The translations under genes were made by a program, and so were the position numbers. The notes under the pieces are model-generated. The model searched no databases. It had not been told where the DNA came from and saw only the letters and a program-made list of their open reading frames with translations. A stretch of DNA of 64,000 nucleotides from Minisyncoccota bacterium (GTDB lineage Bacteria > Patescibacteriota > Minisyncoccia > Phycocordibacterales > DATDWN01): positions 1,813 to 65,812 of the forward strand of contig JBAZZC010000001.1 of the NCBI GenBank assembly GCA_041658985.1, in the 5' to 3' direction. This document shows, in pieces, positions 9,968 to 19,685 of this stretch; positions within the stretch are counted from its first letter, which is position 1, and each line of letters starts with the position of its first letter.

Positions 9968-10654
9968 CTAGGGAGAGATGACTTCGAACGTGTCATCCCC
10001 CACACTCTTCACGTAGAGAGCGTTCGCCTCGGCTAGAAGCCGAGCGATGACCGGTGGGTGGTGAGCCATGTACACGTAACCCACTGGAGCACTCATGATG
10101 CACGAGCCAGTTCCTGGTGGTCTGTACAAACTCATGTCAATCGTCCCTTGCTGGCGAACGACTTGTAGAACCTTGTCCGCCCCGAAGCAGATTTGGTCCT
10201 GCGGGATAAGTCGTCGGCTTTCACCGACAACCGTCTCGAGAACGAAGCGCCGATGCGTCGGCCCCTCATCCTTGGGAACTGGAGTGTATCCGCAGGACAT
10301 CGCGAGCATCTCCGCGAAGTCGCCCACCTCAGACCACGACCTGAGATATGGGGCGTAGAGACATCTCCCGCCGGCATCTCGCAACCACCCAGCTGGGGTC
10401 CATTTCAACAGGGCTTTGCCACGATACGCCGCCACACGAACCCCGTTGAGACAGGGTCCATCATCAATCATCCAATCAATGAGTAGGTAGTCCCTTTCAC
10501 GAAGACCACCATTCATTATCTTGAATGAGTCAGGCTTTTCTGGACCTCTTCCAGCTCTGATTCTTTCAATCTCTTCCCTTGTAAAATGGGTCGTTTCGGG
10601 ATAAACCTTGGGTTTTTGGTTCCAGTCCCTTTTCGGCTTTGGCCATTTTCCCAT
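9968..10654 (-). CDS. GC-rich orphan hypothetical protein inserted between secY and adk
   Basis: Long ORF with AAAGGAGG SD before MGKWPKP; downstream hairpin ~9919-9946. Confidence 0.65.
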   Translation of the reverse strand: MGKWPKPKRDWNQKPKVYPETTHFTREEIERIRAGRGPEKPDSFKIMNGGLRERDYLLIDWMIDDGPCLNGVRVAAYRGKALLKWTPAGWLRDAGGRCLYAPYLRSWSEVGDFAEMLAMSCGYTPVPKDEGPTHRRFVLETVVGESRRLIPQDQICFGADKVLQVVRQQGTIDMSLYRPPGTGSCIMSAPVGYVYMAHHPPVIARLLAEANALYVKSVGDDTFEVISP

Positions 10655-10760
10655 GGGTTTTCCTCCTTTCCTTGGGAATCCAATCAAAAACTACCACAAG
10701 ATGTGGCTGTATGTCAATAGATTATATTAAATTTAAAAATCAAAATATTTAAACCACTAA

Positions 10761-10881
10761 AAACTTTCAAATTTGGATGAAATTCGACGTGAGAAATTAA
10801 AAAGATGAGGAGCCTTACTTAGTGGTAAGGTGATGAATATTTTTAATTTGGGAACGAGGATTTCGCCAAATTTGGAAGTTT
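10761..10881. repeat. Family B ~120-bp hairpin element, copy 1 (abuts secY stop)
   Basis: AAACTTTCAAATTTGG ... GAGCCTTAC-loop-GTAAGGTGA ... CCAAATTTGGAAGTTT. Confidence 0.9.
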
Positions 10882-12152
10882 TAATATTCCCTAATAGAAA
10901 CCTGTGCATCAATCTTCTTAATCAAATCAATAACTACAGAAACTACGATGAGAAGTGACGTTCCACCAATAGATATCGCTGTGATACCAGTAAGACCGCT
11001 CATGGCCAAAGGAAGAACAGCAATAAAACCCAAAAAGAGTGCCCCAATTAGAGTTAGCCGAGTTAATATTCTCGAGATATGGTCCGATGTTGATTTGCCA
11101 GGTCTTACCCCTGGAATAAATGCTCCGTTTTTTTGAAGATTTGTTGATATTTGGTCTGGGTCAAATGTAACGGCAGTATAAAAATAAGTAAACACAAATA
11201 CCAAAAAGAAATATGCTCCGGCATAAAACCAGCCATTCGCCAAAATATCCAACAAAAAGGTTGACACTGATTGTACTAAGGCGTTACTAGCACCCTGCAA
11301 AAATCTTAGTATCATTTGTGGAAATAGAAGTATTGAAAGGGCAAAGATAATTGGAATAACCCCCGCTTGATTTATTCTAAGTGGTAAATATGTTGATGTT
11401 CCCCCATAAACTTTATTTCCTCGAACTTGTTTTGCATAGGTTACTGGTATTGGTCTTTCCGCTTCGGTGATAATAACCACACCAACAATAACAAGAGCTG
11501 ATATGACAAGAAAGACTAAGTAAAGTGGTAATTGTGAAGCCTCAAAAGAAAAAACCAGTTGACCGATTGTTGCCGGCAAAGATGCAACAATACCAGCAAA
11601 GATGATAAGTGAGACACCATTGCCAATACCATATTCAGAAATAAGTTCACCGACCCACATCAAAAGTACCGACCCAGCTGTTATAACCAAAAGATTCGTA
11701 ACTAATTCAAGGGAAGTAAGATGGGCTAAGATTTGCTGATTTTCTAAGAGTTTTATAAAACTGAAAGCTTGAATAATAGCAAGTGGAATAGAAAGTATTC
11801 TGCTGTACTGAGCAAACTTTCGTCTACCAGCTTCTCCTTCTTCCTGATACATTTCCTTTAATTTGGGAAACATAATAGTTAGAAGTTGCATAATAATTGA
11901 TGATGTGATGTACGGACCAACACCAAGCATCACAATAGAAAGTTGGGCCAACCCACCGCCAGAGAAAAGATTGAGAAGCCCAAAGAATTCATTGCCAGCA
12001 AAAAACTGAGCTAATTTAACATGGTCAACTCCAGCAATAGGGACAGCAGCAAAAACACGAAACAAGACAAGTGCAGAAAGTGTAAAGAATATTCTTTTTC
12101 GTAATATTCTGTCTTGAAAGATAAGGGTGAATTTATTAAAAAGGTCTTTCAT
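10881..12152 (-). CDS. secY: Preprotein translocase SecY
   Basis: LGVGPYITSSII, GIGNGVSLIIF, FIPGVRPG, GGTSLLIVV. Confidence 0.97.
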   Translation of the reverse strand: MKDLFNKFTLIFQDRILRKRIFFTLSALVLFRVFAAVPIAGVDHVKLAQFFAGNEFFGLLNLFSGGGLAQLSIVMLGVGPYITSSIIMQLLTIMFPKLKEMYQEEGEAGRRKFAQYSRILSIPLAIIQAFSFIKLLENQQILAHLTSLELVTNLLVITAGSVLLMWVGELISEYGIGNGVSLIIFAGIVASLPATIGQLVFSFEASQLPLYLVFLVISALVIVGVVIITEAERPIPVTYAKQVRGNKVYGGTSTYLPLRINQAGVIPIIFALSILLFPQMILRFLQGASNALVQSVSTFLLDILANGWFYAGAYFFLVFVFTYFYTAVTFDPDQISTNLQKNGAFIPGVRPGKSTSDHISRILTRLTLIGALFLGFIAVLPLAMSGLTGITAISIGGTSLLIVVSVVIDLIKKIDAQVSIREY

Positions 12153-12156
12153 GGTA

Positions 12157-12594
12157 TTATTTTACCTCACCACCTGCTTTTTCGATAGCTAGTCGAGCTG
12201 AAGCTGAAACCTGACAACCTTTTACTTTTATTTTTCGGCTGAGCTGACCCCCTCCTAAAATTTTTACTCTTGGAAAAACCCCTGAAATTGTCCTGATGAT
12301 TCCTTTTTTTACCAATGTCTGTGGTGAAACAACATCACCATCTTTAAATATGCTAAGTTTTTTTAGGTTTATAACCGTGGGCTTTAGTTCAATGCTTGTG
12401 TTTATGTTTTTTCCGCGACCGCGTAATTTTGGTACCCTTTTAATAAAATCTCTAATTTCTGGTCTCTTCTTGTGACCAGCTCTAGCATTTTGTCCTTTTG
12501 TTCCACGTCCCGATGTTTTTCCACGAGTTCCCCCACGACCGACAAGGCGTGTTTTTGTATTTGGATGTTGTCTTTTTAGGTTATGTGTTTGCAT
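12157..12594 (-). CDS. rplO: 50S ribosomal protein L15
   Basis: GRG..GKTSGRGTKGQNAR; rpmD absent upstream. Confidence 0.95.
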   Translation of the reverse strand: MQTHNLKRQHPNTKTRLVGRGGTRGKTSGRGTKGQNARAGHKKRPEIRDFIKRVPKLRGRGKNINTSIELKPTVINLKKLSIFKDGDVVSPQTLVKKGIIRTISGVFPRVKILGGGQLSRKIKVKGCQVSASARLAIEKAGGEVK

Positions 12595-12619
12595 GGTTGA
12601 TTTTTAATAACTGAAGTAG

Positions 12620-13192
12620 TTATTTTCTCGGTATTAATTGACTTAATGCTTTTACCGCTGCTTTGGCATTGTTGATTTTATTTTTGCTTCTGGAAAAGAT
12701 TTTGCTACTTACTTCTTTTATTCCAGCAAATTCCAAAACGGTTCTAACAGATGAACCGGCCAAGATTCCTTTACCAGGAGCACGCATAATAAGTACTCTT
12801 GAACTAGAATACTTGGCGCTTACTTCGTGTGGAATAGAGCCGTTTTTTGTCATATTGACTTTAATCATGTTTTTTCTGGCATCTCTAACGGCCTTATCTA
12901 TAGCCACCGGAGTATCTCCAGCTTTTCCAAGACCAACACCAACACGACCCCTTCTGTCCCCAATAACAATACCAACAGAAAAACTGAATCTTCGTCCACC
13001 AGTTACCACTCTCGTCACCCGACGAATACTTATAATCTTTTGGTCAAATTCTGGCTTAACCCGGGCTTCTCTTCTTGGAGAAGGTCTACGAGAATTTTTC
13101 CTAAATTCTTTTGGGGCCTGCGTTGAAACTACATCTTTTTGTAAGACGGTTGGTTCAATTTCTTCTTCAATTTTTATTTCTTCTGGATCCAT
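12620..13192 (-). CDS. rpsE: 30S ribosomal protein S5
   Basis: RVTRVVTGGRRFSF; start adjusted to MDPEE. Confidence 0.95.
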   Translation of the reverse strand: MDPEEIKIEEEIEPTVLQKDVVSTQAPKEFRKNSRRPSPRREARVKPEFDQKIISIRRVTRVVTGGRRFSFSVGIVIGDRRGRVGVGLGKAGDTPVAIDKAVRDARKNMIKVNMTKNGSIPHEVSAKYSSSRVLIMRAPGKGILAGSSVRTVLEFAGIKEVSSKIFSRSKNKINNAKAAVKALSQLIPRK

Positions 13193-13211
13193 AATATTTT
13201 TTAAACTAAAA

Positions 13212-13562
13212 TTAAAACTGTAGTCCTCCCTTGCGAGCCCCATCTGCTATCGCCTTAACACTGCCCGTATAAATAAAACCTCCTCTGTCAAACACTACTT
13301 CTTTGATTTTTTTTACCTTAGCTTTCTCTGCAATACTCTCTCCAACAAGCAAAGCTTTTTCCATCATACTTTTGCCTTTTACTTCCCGAGAATGAGCTGA
13401 TGCTAGAGTCTTTGTATTCTCATCATCAATGAGTTGGGCGGAAATGTGCTTGTTTGATTTGTAAACAGACAAACGAGGTTTTTCTTTTGTACCAGAAATC
13501 TTGGCACGAATTCTTGCGTGTCTTCTCGTTCTCTTCTCTAATTTTGCATTTAATGTTTTCAT
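13212..13562 (-). CDS. rplR: 50S ribosomal protein L18
   Basis: [18 protein letters not shown]. Confidence 0.95.
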   Translation of the reverse strand: MKTLNAKLEKRTRRHARIRAKISGTKEKPRLSVYKSNKHISAQLIDDENTKTLASAHSREVKGKSMMEKALLVGESIAEKAKVKKIKEVVFDRGGFIYTGSVKAIADGARKGGLQF

Positions 13563-13577
13563 ATCGATATATTACCT

Positions 13578-13701
13578 AAACTTTCAAATTTGACCTAGGT
13601 CGCGTATAAAATTTGAAAAATAATGGGAGCCTACCTGAGTGCGTAGGTGACCATTATTTTTCAGATTTTAGACGATGAGATTGGTCATAATTTGTAAGTT
13701 T
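13578..13701. repeat. Family B element, copy 2 (abuts rplF stop)
   Basis: AAACTTTCAAATTTGACC ... GAGCCTAC-CTGAGTGC-GTAGGTGA ... GGTCATAATTTGTAAGTTT. Confidence 0.9.
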
Positions 13702-14233
13702 AGGCTGTCTTCTTACCTTGTTTACGCTTAACTACTTCGCCTTCATATCTCATCCCCTTGCCTTTATATGGCTCTGGCTTCTTTAGGGACCTAACTTTTG
13801 CTACAAACTCCCCAACAACCTCCTTATCAATGCCCGTTGTTGTAATAATGTTTTTCTCTGCTGTAACTTTCAGAGTGTTTGGAATCGGAACAATAACTGG
13901 GTGAGAAAAACCAAGGGCTAAAACCAGGGTCTCTCCTTTGACTTCCGATTTATACCCAATACCCTCAAGTATTAATTTCTTGACGTATGGGGTTGTGACA
14001 CCAGCTATCATATTCATGATGTGCGATGCATATGTTCCCCATAATGCTCGTGTTTCTAGTGTTTCAACCTTGGGAACAAGTGTAACTTTATTATCGGCGA
14101 TAGTAACATTAATATCGTCCTTGAAAATCTTTGTAAGTGTTCCAAGTGGGCCTTTAACAGTCAAAATTCCTCCCGAAAGTGAGACTTCAGTTGTTTTTGG
14201 TATTTCTATTATTTTTTTTCCGATTCTACTCAT
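13700..14233 (-). CDS. rplF: 50S ribosomal protein L6
   Basis: MSRIGKK, PEPYKGKG; start adjusted. Confidence 0.95.
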   Translation of the reverse strand: MSRIGKKIIEIPKTTEVSLSGGILTVKGPLGTLTKIFKDDINVTIADNKVTLVPKVETLETRALWGTYASHIMNMIAGVTTPYVKKLILEGIGYKSEVKGETLVLALGFSHPVIVPIPNTLKVTAEKNIITTTGIDKEVVGEFVAKVRSLKKPEPYKGKGMRYEGEVVKRKQGKKTA

Positions 14234-14250
14234 GTTATTTTGTGTTTGAA

Positions 14251-14371
14251 AAACTTTCAAATTTGGCCAAGGTCGAGGCAAAACTGGAAACAGAGTCCGA
14301 GCCGTACAATAGTACGGTGAGGATTATGTTTTCAGTTTTAACGAAGAGATTGGTCATAATTTGAATGTTTT
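14251..14371. repeat. Family B element, copy 3 (abuts rpsH stop)
   Basis: AAACTTTCAAATTTGGCC ... GAGCCGTAC-AATA-GTACGGTGA ... GGTCATAATTTGAATGTTT. Confidence 0.9.
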
Positions 14372-14758
14372 TTACCAGATTTTAAATAGTGCTTCACCTC
14401 CAACTCCTGCCTCTTTCGCCATCTTATCTGTCATAATTCCTTTTGGTGTTGAAAGAATAAGAGCGCCCATACCACCTTTAACCTTATTAATTTCTTTTGA
14501 TTTTTGATAAATTCTTTTTGATGTTTTTGAAACTCTTTCTATGCCATGAATTTTTGGACCGTTTTCATCATAAACAAAAACTACTTCAATAAACTTTGCT
14601 ATTTTCTTTCCTTTCTTTCCAAATGATTTTAGATAACCATCTTTAAAAAGAACATCACTAATTGCAAGTTTTAATTTTGAATATGGAAAAACAACAGATT
14701 CTTTTTTTGATTCTGTCGCATTCTTTATTCTAACTATCATATCTGATATTGGATCCAT
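14372..14758 (-). CDS. rpsH: 30S ribosomal protein S8
   Basis: DPISDMIVRIKNA, STPKG, GGE. Confidence 0.95.
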   Translation of the reverse strand: MDPISDMIVRIKNATESKKESVVFPYSKLKLAISDVLFKDGYLKSFGKKGKKIAKFIEVVFVYDENGPKIHGIERVSKTSKRIYQKSKEINKVKGGMGALILSTPKGIMTDKMAKEAGVGGEALFKIW

Positions 14759-14815
14759 TTTGTTTATTATATTTTGGTGGTATCTCTGTGAGACCTACCA
14801 AAGATGTTATTTTAA

Positions 14816-15001
14816 TTACCACGAAGATTTCTTGATACCTGGAATCTTTCCTTCATTAGCTAATTCCCTGAAACAAATTCGGCAGAGACCAAAATCTCTC
14901 ATAAAAGCATGACCTCGCCCGCATTTGAAACATCGATTTGTAGCCCGAGTACTGAATTTCGGTTTTTTGAGAGCTCTTGCCTTTGTTGATGTTTTAGCCA
15001 T
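14816..15001 (-). CDS. rpsZ: 30S ribosomal protein S14, zinc-binding type Z
   Basis: [18 protein letters not shown]; 61 aa. Confidence 0.95.
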   Translation of the reverse strand: MAKTSTKARALKKPKFSTRATNRCFKCGRGHAFMRDFGLCRICFRELANEGKIPGIKKSSW

Positions 15002-15068
15002 TTTTTAAATAAAATGAGCTTTAAAGCTCGGGTCTATACTATCAGGGATAAATCGCACTGTCAATTAA

Positions 15069-15674
15069 CTACTTTTTAATATTCCAACCCTTCTTTTTTG
15101 CCTTTGGAGCCTCCTTTTTGACTTCTGGGCCCCCAACCCCTGCCTTTCTGAATGGAAAACCTAGATGCTTTAGAAAAGCCAGTGTTTGCTTACCATCTTT
15201 AACTTTTGTGACAATTGTTACTGCCAAACCAAATACATCCTTCAAATCCTCATCTGATGATTCTGGAAATATGGTGTTCTCTCGAATGCCTAGAGTATAA
15301 TTACCCATTTCGTCTACTCCTGTGGTTGGAATACCACGGAAGTCTTTTGTTCTTGGAAGGGCAATATTTACCAGTCTGTCTAGGAAATCATACATCCTCT
15401 CTCCTCGAAGGGTTACTTGCATACCAACCGTATCCCCCTCTCGTACCTTAAATGCAGCGACTGACAGTTTTGCTCCCTTTCTAGCTGGTAATTGTCCTGT
15501 GATTTTTGCTAATCTGTCCGCAACAAGCTCAATTTTCTTTTTATCCTTCATTGAACCAACACCACTAGAAATAACCACCTTCTGAATTCTCGGCGCTTGC
15601 ATAGGATTTGTATATCCAAATTCGTCTTTTAGAGCTCTATAACCAGATTTTACTTTTTCTTTAATTGTTTGCAT
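15069..15674 (-). CDS. rplE: 50S ribosomal protein L5
   Basis: ITGQ, VTLRG.RMY.FL, ALPR..DFRG; start adjusted. Confidence 0.95.
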   Translation of the reverse strand: MQTIKEKVKSGYRALKDEFGYTNPMQAPRIQKVVISSGVGSMKDKKKIELVADRLAKITGQLPARKGAKLSVAAFKVREGDTVGMQVTLRGERMYDFLDRLVNIALPRTKDFRGIPTTGVDEMGNYTLGIRENTIFPESSDEDLKDVFGLAVTIVTKVKDGKQTLAFLKHLGFPFRKAGVGGPEVKKEAPKAKKKGWNIKK

Positions 15675-15683
15675 GATAGTTGA

Positions 15684-15826
15684 ATTACTAATTGCTCTAA
15701 TTTCTAATTGACCTAAATAATGACAAAATACCAAATCCCAATAGATTCATTCCGTTGTTCTTTTTTAATTGGTTCTTATTCATTGGGTTTTATTTAGGAA
15801 TTAGGTCAATTAGGAATTAGAAATTA
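15684..15826. repeat. Low-complexity inverted repeat between rplX and rplE
   Basis: CTAATTTCTAATTGACCTAA ... TTAGGTCAATTAGGAATTAG. Confidence 0.7.
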
Positions 15827-15829
15827 TCT

Positions 15830-16054
15830 TTATTTCTTTTCTACCTTTTTAACATTTGAAACGTGAATTGGCATGGTCTTGTCTATAATCTGTCCTTTCT
15901 CACCACTCTTTCTTGCTTTCTGATGAACCTTCAAAACATTAACTCCAGAAACAATAACTTTATTTTCACTTGGTATTGATTTAGTAACGGTACCAGTTTT
16001 ACCTTTATCTTTTCCAGTTAACACTATTACTTTGTCGTCCTTCTTGATGTGCAT
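15830..16054 (-). CDS. rplX: 50S ribosomal protein L24
   Basis: KOW motif GKDKGKTG; PIHVSNV. Confidence 0.95.
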   Translation of the reverse strand: MHIKKDDKVIVLTGKDKGKTGTVTKSIPSENKVIVSGVNVLKVHQKARKSGEKGQIIDKTMPIHVSNVKKVEKK

Positions 16055-16068
16055 GTTTGTAAAATAAT

Positions 16069-16446
16069 TTATACAACCTCTGGTGCTAATGAAATAATTT
16101 TCTGATATCCAACTTCACCAATTTCTCTTGGAATTGGTCCGAATATGCGTCCAGCGATTGGTTCTAGCTTTTTCTTATCTTTTATCACAAGAACAACTGC
16201 ATTTTCATCAAATCTAATGTATGAACCGTCTTTTCGTCTAAAAGGTGCCTTCTGTCTTACCACAATAGCTCGATGCACATCTTTCTTTTTTGTTGTTTTT
16301 CGAGGCTCTGCTTTCTGTACTGAAATAATAACCAGCTCACCGATGCTTGCATATCTCTTTTTTGAACTACCTAATACCTTAAACACTCTTCCGATTTTTC
16401 CACCAGAGTTATCAGCTATTTTAACGATTGAACGTGGTTGAATCAT
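16069..16446 (-). CDS. rplN: 50S ribosomal protein L14
   Basis: ADNSG, FDENA, RIFGPI, SLAPEV. Confidence 0.97.
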   Translation of the reverse strand: MIQPRSIVKIADNSGGKIGRVFKVLGSSKKRYASIGELVIISVQKAEPRKTTKKKDVHRAIVVRQKAPFRRKDGSYIRFDENAVVLVIKDKKKLEPIAGRIFGPIPREIGEVGYQKIISLAPEVV

Positions 16447-16525
16447 ATGTTTAGTTTATAAAGTTTGTAAAGTTTGTAAAGTTGAATTCATCTAATTTTT
16501 TGTTTTCTTTATGGACTTTATAACT

Positions 16526-16792
16526 TTATGAACTTTCGACTATTCTAAAGTGTTTATCCTTTGAAATTGGCGCGCATTCAATAATAGTAACCCTGTCCCC
16601 CACCTTCTTTGTATTTCCTTTGTCATCTGCTTTAAACTTTTTGTCGTGGGACACATATTTACCATATTTGGGATGTTTTACAAAACGAGAAACTTTTACA
16701 ACAATCGTGTCCTTCATTTTGTCAGATGTAACAATTCCAACCAAAGTTTTCTTGAGTGATTGTTTTGTTAGGTTTTCGGTTGTTTTTTTCAT
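16526..16792 (-). CDS. rpsQ: 30S ribosomal protein S17
   Basis: SDKMKDT, HPKYGK, PISKDK. Confidence 0.95.
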   Translation of the reverse strand: MKKTTENLTKQSLKKTLVGIVTSDKMKDTIVVKVSRFVKHPKYGKYVSHDKKFKADDKGNTKKVGDRVTIIECAPISKDKHFRIVESS

Positions 16793-16796
16793 GTTT

Positions 16797-16982
16797 TTAT
16801 TTTACAGATTTATTGTTCAAAATTGTCAAAATCCGAGCGATATCTTTTTTGAGTGAATTTCCTTCTTTAACATTTCTGACATTACTTCCAGAAACAGCAA
16901 AACGGAAATTACGCAAAGCCAACCTTTTCTCAGAAAGAAGTGTTTTAAGTTCTACTGGTGTTTTCTTAATAAAATCTTTCAT
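16797..16982 (-). CDS. rpmC: 50S ribosomal protein L29
   Basis: KKDIARILT; synteny. Confidence 0.9.
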   Translation of the reverse strand: MKDFIKKTPVELKTLLSEKRLALRNFRFAVSGSNVRNVKEGNSLKKDIARILTILNNKSVK

Positions 16983-16983
16983 A

Positions 16984-17400
16984 TTATTTTGAAATTATTT
17001 TGGTTTTAAGGGGAAGTTTTGTACCAGCTTTTCTCAAAGCTTCTTTAGCCACAGCGTCTGTAACCCCATCAACCTCAAAGATTATTCGTCCTGGTTTAAC
17101 AGGGGCACAATATCCAAACAAATCCCCTTTTCCTTTTCCAAGTTTTACTTCAGCTGGCTTTTTTGTTAACGGCATATCGGGAAAAATACGAATCCAAATC
17201 CTACCAGTCTTTCCAACTGCTCTAGATAGTGCCTTTCTTGCTGCCTCTATCTGATTAGACATAACACGAGCTCCACTTAGGGCCTTCAGAGCATGAGAGC
17301 CAAAAGAAATAGTCGTACCACGAGTACTGACACCCACTTTTTCAGCGTTTTTTCGCATTGTTTGCCATTTTCTGTATTTAACTTTTTTTGGTAGCAACAT
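16984..17400 (-). CDS. rplP: 50S ribosomal protein L16
   Basis: PKKVKYRK, WIRIFPD, GKGKG. Confidence 0.95.
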   Translation of the reverse strand: MLLPKKVKYRKWQTMRKNAEKVGVSTRGTTISFGSHALKALSGARVMSNQIEAARKALSRAVGKTGRIWIRIFPDMPLTKKPAEVKLGKGKGDLFGYCAPVKPGRIIFEVDGVTDAVAKEALRKAGTKLPLKTKIISK

Positions 17401-17409
17401 GGTAGTATT

Positions 17410-18069
17410 TTATTTTTTAGCAAAAATCTCCCCTCTATAAATCCAAACTTTTATACCAATTCCACCATAAGGTAGCCGGGCTTCATGTTTAGCAAAGTCT
17501 ACATCTGCTCTGAAAGTTTGAAGTGGAATTCGTCCTCTCTTTATTTTTTCCTGACGAGCCATTGATGCCCCGCCGAGTCGTCCCGATAGTTCTATTTTTA
17601 CTCCCAAGACATCTCGATTGGCCATAACTTTTTCAACCATTTGTTTTGTAACTCGTCGAAAAGGCAATCTCTTTTCTAGTCCATCGGCAATCATTTGGCT
17701 AACTATGGTAGCATTTGATTCTGGTGATTTTACTTCTTTTATATCTACCCTAACCTCACCCCCAGAAGAAAGTTTTTTGTTTGATAAAAATTTTAAAATG
17801 TCATTCTTTAATTTGACCGCACCGTCTCCTGACCTGCCAATAATCATTCCAGGTCTTGATGTTTCAATAATAATTCGAAGAACTTTTTCTCCCCTTTCCA
17901 TTTCTATATTACTCACATACATACCACGAAGCTTTTTCTCTAAATAAACACGAAGCAAGACATCACTTTTTAGAAACTCTTTGTATTTATTTTTTACCCC
18001 AAACCATCGAGATTTCCAGTCTCTTATGATTCCTAGTCTATGTGAATATGGGTGAACTACGTGGGTCAT
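17410..18069 (-). CDS. rpsC: 30S ribosomal protein S3
   Basis: RPGMIIG, SGRLGG, PLQTFRADVD. Confidence 0.96.
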   Translation of the reverse strand: MTHVVHPYSHRLGIIRDWKSRWFGVKNKYKEFLKSDVLLRVYLEKKLRGMYVSNIEMERGEKVLRIIIETSRPGMIIGRSGDGAVKLKNDILKFLSNKKLSSGGEVRVDIKEVKSPESNATIVSQMIADGLEKRLPFRRVTKQMVEKVMANRDVLGVKIELSGRLGGASMARQEKIKRGRIPLQTFRADVDFAKHEARLPYGGIGIKVWIYRGEIFAKK

Positions 18070-18118
18070 GATAATTAGTTAAAAGTCTTTAAAGTTCATA
18101 AAGTCTATAAAGTTAATC

Positions 18119-18544
18119 CTACTTTTTGGCACCAACTTTTTTGGTCTTTATTTTTATTGGTAATTTTTCAATTTTTACAACCTCCTTTACGACTTTTGAC
18201 TTTCGACTTTCGACTGGAGTCGATAATTCGACGAACACAGCACATGTTCTTTTTCGCATTGGATGAGCAGAACCACGGGCGGCAGGAAGTCTTCTGTATA
18301 ATATTTTTCCGCTATCTACTTTTATCACTTTTACAATTAAATTTTCAGTTGGAATATTTTGGGTCTTGGCGTTAGCCAGAGCTGACAGAATAAGTTTTTT
18401 TATTGGAAGAGAAGACTTCTTTGCAATAAAATCTAGGTTTACCAAAACATCTGATACCTTTTTACCTCTTACAGCATTCGCAACCATTCGCATTTTACGA
18501 GGAGCTTGTCTGAAATCAGATAATGTCGCAGTTGCTGTTGCCAT
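18119..18544 (-). CDS. rplV: 50S ribosomal protein L22 with repeat-derived C-terminal tail
   Basis: APRKMRMVA, RGSAH; tail VESRKSKVVKE encoded by GACTTT tandem repeats. Confidence 0.93.
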   Translation of the reverse strand: MATATATLSDFRQAPRKMRMVANAVRGKKVSDVLVNLDFIAKKSSLPIKKLILSALANAKTQNIPTENLIVKVIKVDSGKILYRRLPAARGSAHPMRKRTCAVFVELSTPVESRKSKVVKEVVKIEKLPIKIKTKKVGAKK

Positions 18545-18549
18545 AATGA

Positions 18550-18894
18550 TTATTTTTTAGTTTCACCGACGGTGGCCTTGGCTGCTTGAGCAGAAGCAAT
18601 CTCGCTTTCCTTTTGTTTTTGTTCCATTTCTTTCTGCATTTTACCTCCGTGTCTTATAAATTTCTTTGTAGGAGAAAACTCACCTAATCTGTGTCCAACC
18701 ATATCCTCATTAACTAAGACATCAATATGGGTCTTGCCATTATGAACACCAAACGTAAAACCAACCATTTCAGGGGCGATGACACAGGCTCTTGACCAAG
18801 TCTTAATAACCCCAGTTTCAGTGGATTTTTTACCCTCGATTTTCTTTAGAACTCGCGGGTCAACGTATAGGCCTTTCTTGCTTGATCTTGTCAT
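18550..18894 (-). CDS. rpsS: 30S ribosomal protein S19
   Basis: TWSR, VHNGK, GHRLGEF. Confidence 0.96.
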   Translation of the reverse strand: MTRSSKKGLYVDPRVLKKIEGKKSTETGVIKTWSRACVIAPEMVGFTFGVHNGKTHIDVLVNEDMVGHRLGEFSPTKKFIRHGGKMQKEMEQKQKESEIASAQAAKATVGETKK

Positions 18895-19103
18895 ATTTTA
18901 ATTTGTTCAAAACAAAAACCACATTGTTAGTGGTATTGACGCTTAACTTCATACCGCAAACAAAATTGTAAGTAGAGGTAATGGCTCTGACTTGGCGTTT
19001 ATACTATACAAATCAAGGAAATAAGTCAACAGGCTTACAGGTAAGTTAAAGGGCGAGCCCGGCCGTTGCCGAGTCCGCCCTCTTTGGACGAGCTCCCACC
19101 CAC

Positions 19104-19445
19104 CTACTGCGGGAGCTGGAGCCCCTTCACCTTGGCCGGATCGAGCTTGCTGCCACCCTTCGGGAAGATAACCCCAGCGCCGAGGAAGGGCATGGTGAAC
19201 ATGATCCTTCCATCACCAATGTCCTGCGGGGAAACCTCCGTGGGGTTGATGTAGAACGGGAAGATCTGCCACTTTTCCCATTCCGATCCCGGAACCAGCC
19301 GAGCGACCCACGGGGACTCGAAGAAGATCAGGCCATCACGAAGTTCGATCTTCGAGATCGGCCCTCGGTAGTACGTCCCATCCTCTTGAGTTTCGAGGTC
19401 GCCTCCGACGATGTCATCCCTCCGTAACACGTCTTCCCAGGTCAT
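19104..19445 (-). CDS. GC-rich orphan hypothetical protein between rplB and rpsS
   Basis: GGGAGG SD before MTWEDVLRR; GC hairpin ~19049-19082 downstream. Confidence 0.65.
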   Translation of the reverse strand: MTWEDVLRRDDIVGGDLETQEDGTYYRGPISKIELRDGLIFFESPWVARLVPGSEWEKWQIFPFYINPTEVSPQDIGDGRIMFTMPFLGAGVIFPKGGSKLDPAKVKGLQLPQ

Positions 19446-19519
19446 GTGAACCTCCCATCTGGCAAAATTGCCACCAGACAACACCTTACATCTTTTTACA
19501 AAAGTGTCAACGTCTTTGC

Positions 19520-19677
19520 TTGGTAAAAAATATCTTCGAGAAACATCCGCAGGCGCTGAGCTTGGTGTTGTCATAGACCCCGAGCTTTGCGAGGGGCTCT
19601 TGACAACGAAGCGCCGAGGACCGAACAAGGCTTCCGCAGGAGAAGCCTTGTGTTTTCGAGAAGATATTATTTACCAA
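19520..19677. repeat. Long inverted-repeat element downstream of rplB
   Basis: TTGGTAAAAAATATCTTCGAGAAACA ... TGTTTTCGAGAAGATATTATTTACCAA enclosing internal hairpins. Confidence 0.8.
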
Positions 19678-19685
19678 GCAAAAAC

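Noticed and set aside
12157-12620. Absence of rpmD (L30) as a novelty
   Set aside because: Established trait of CPR genomes; used only as a taxonomic clue.
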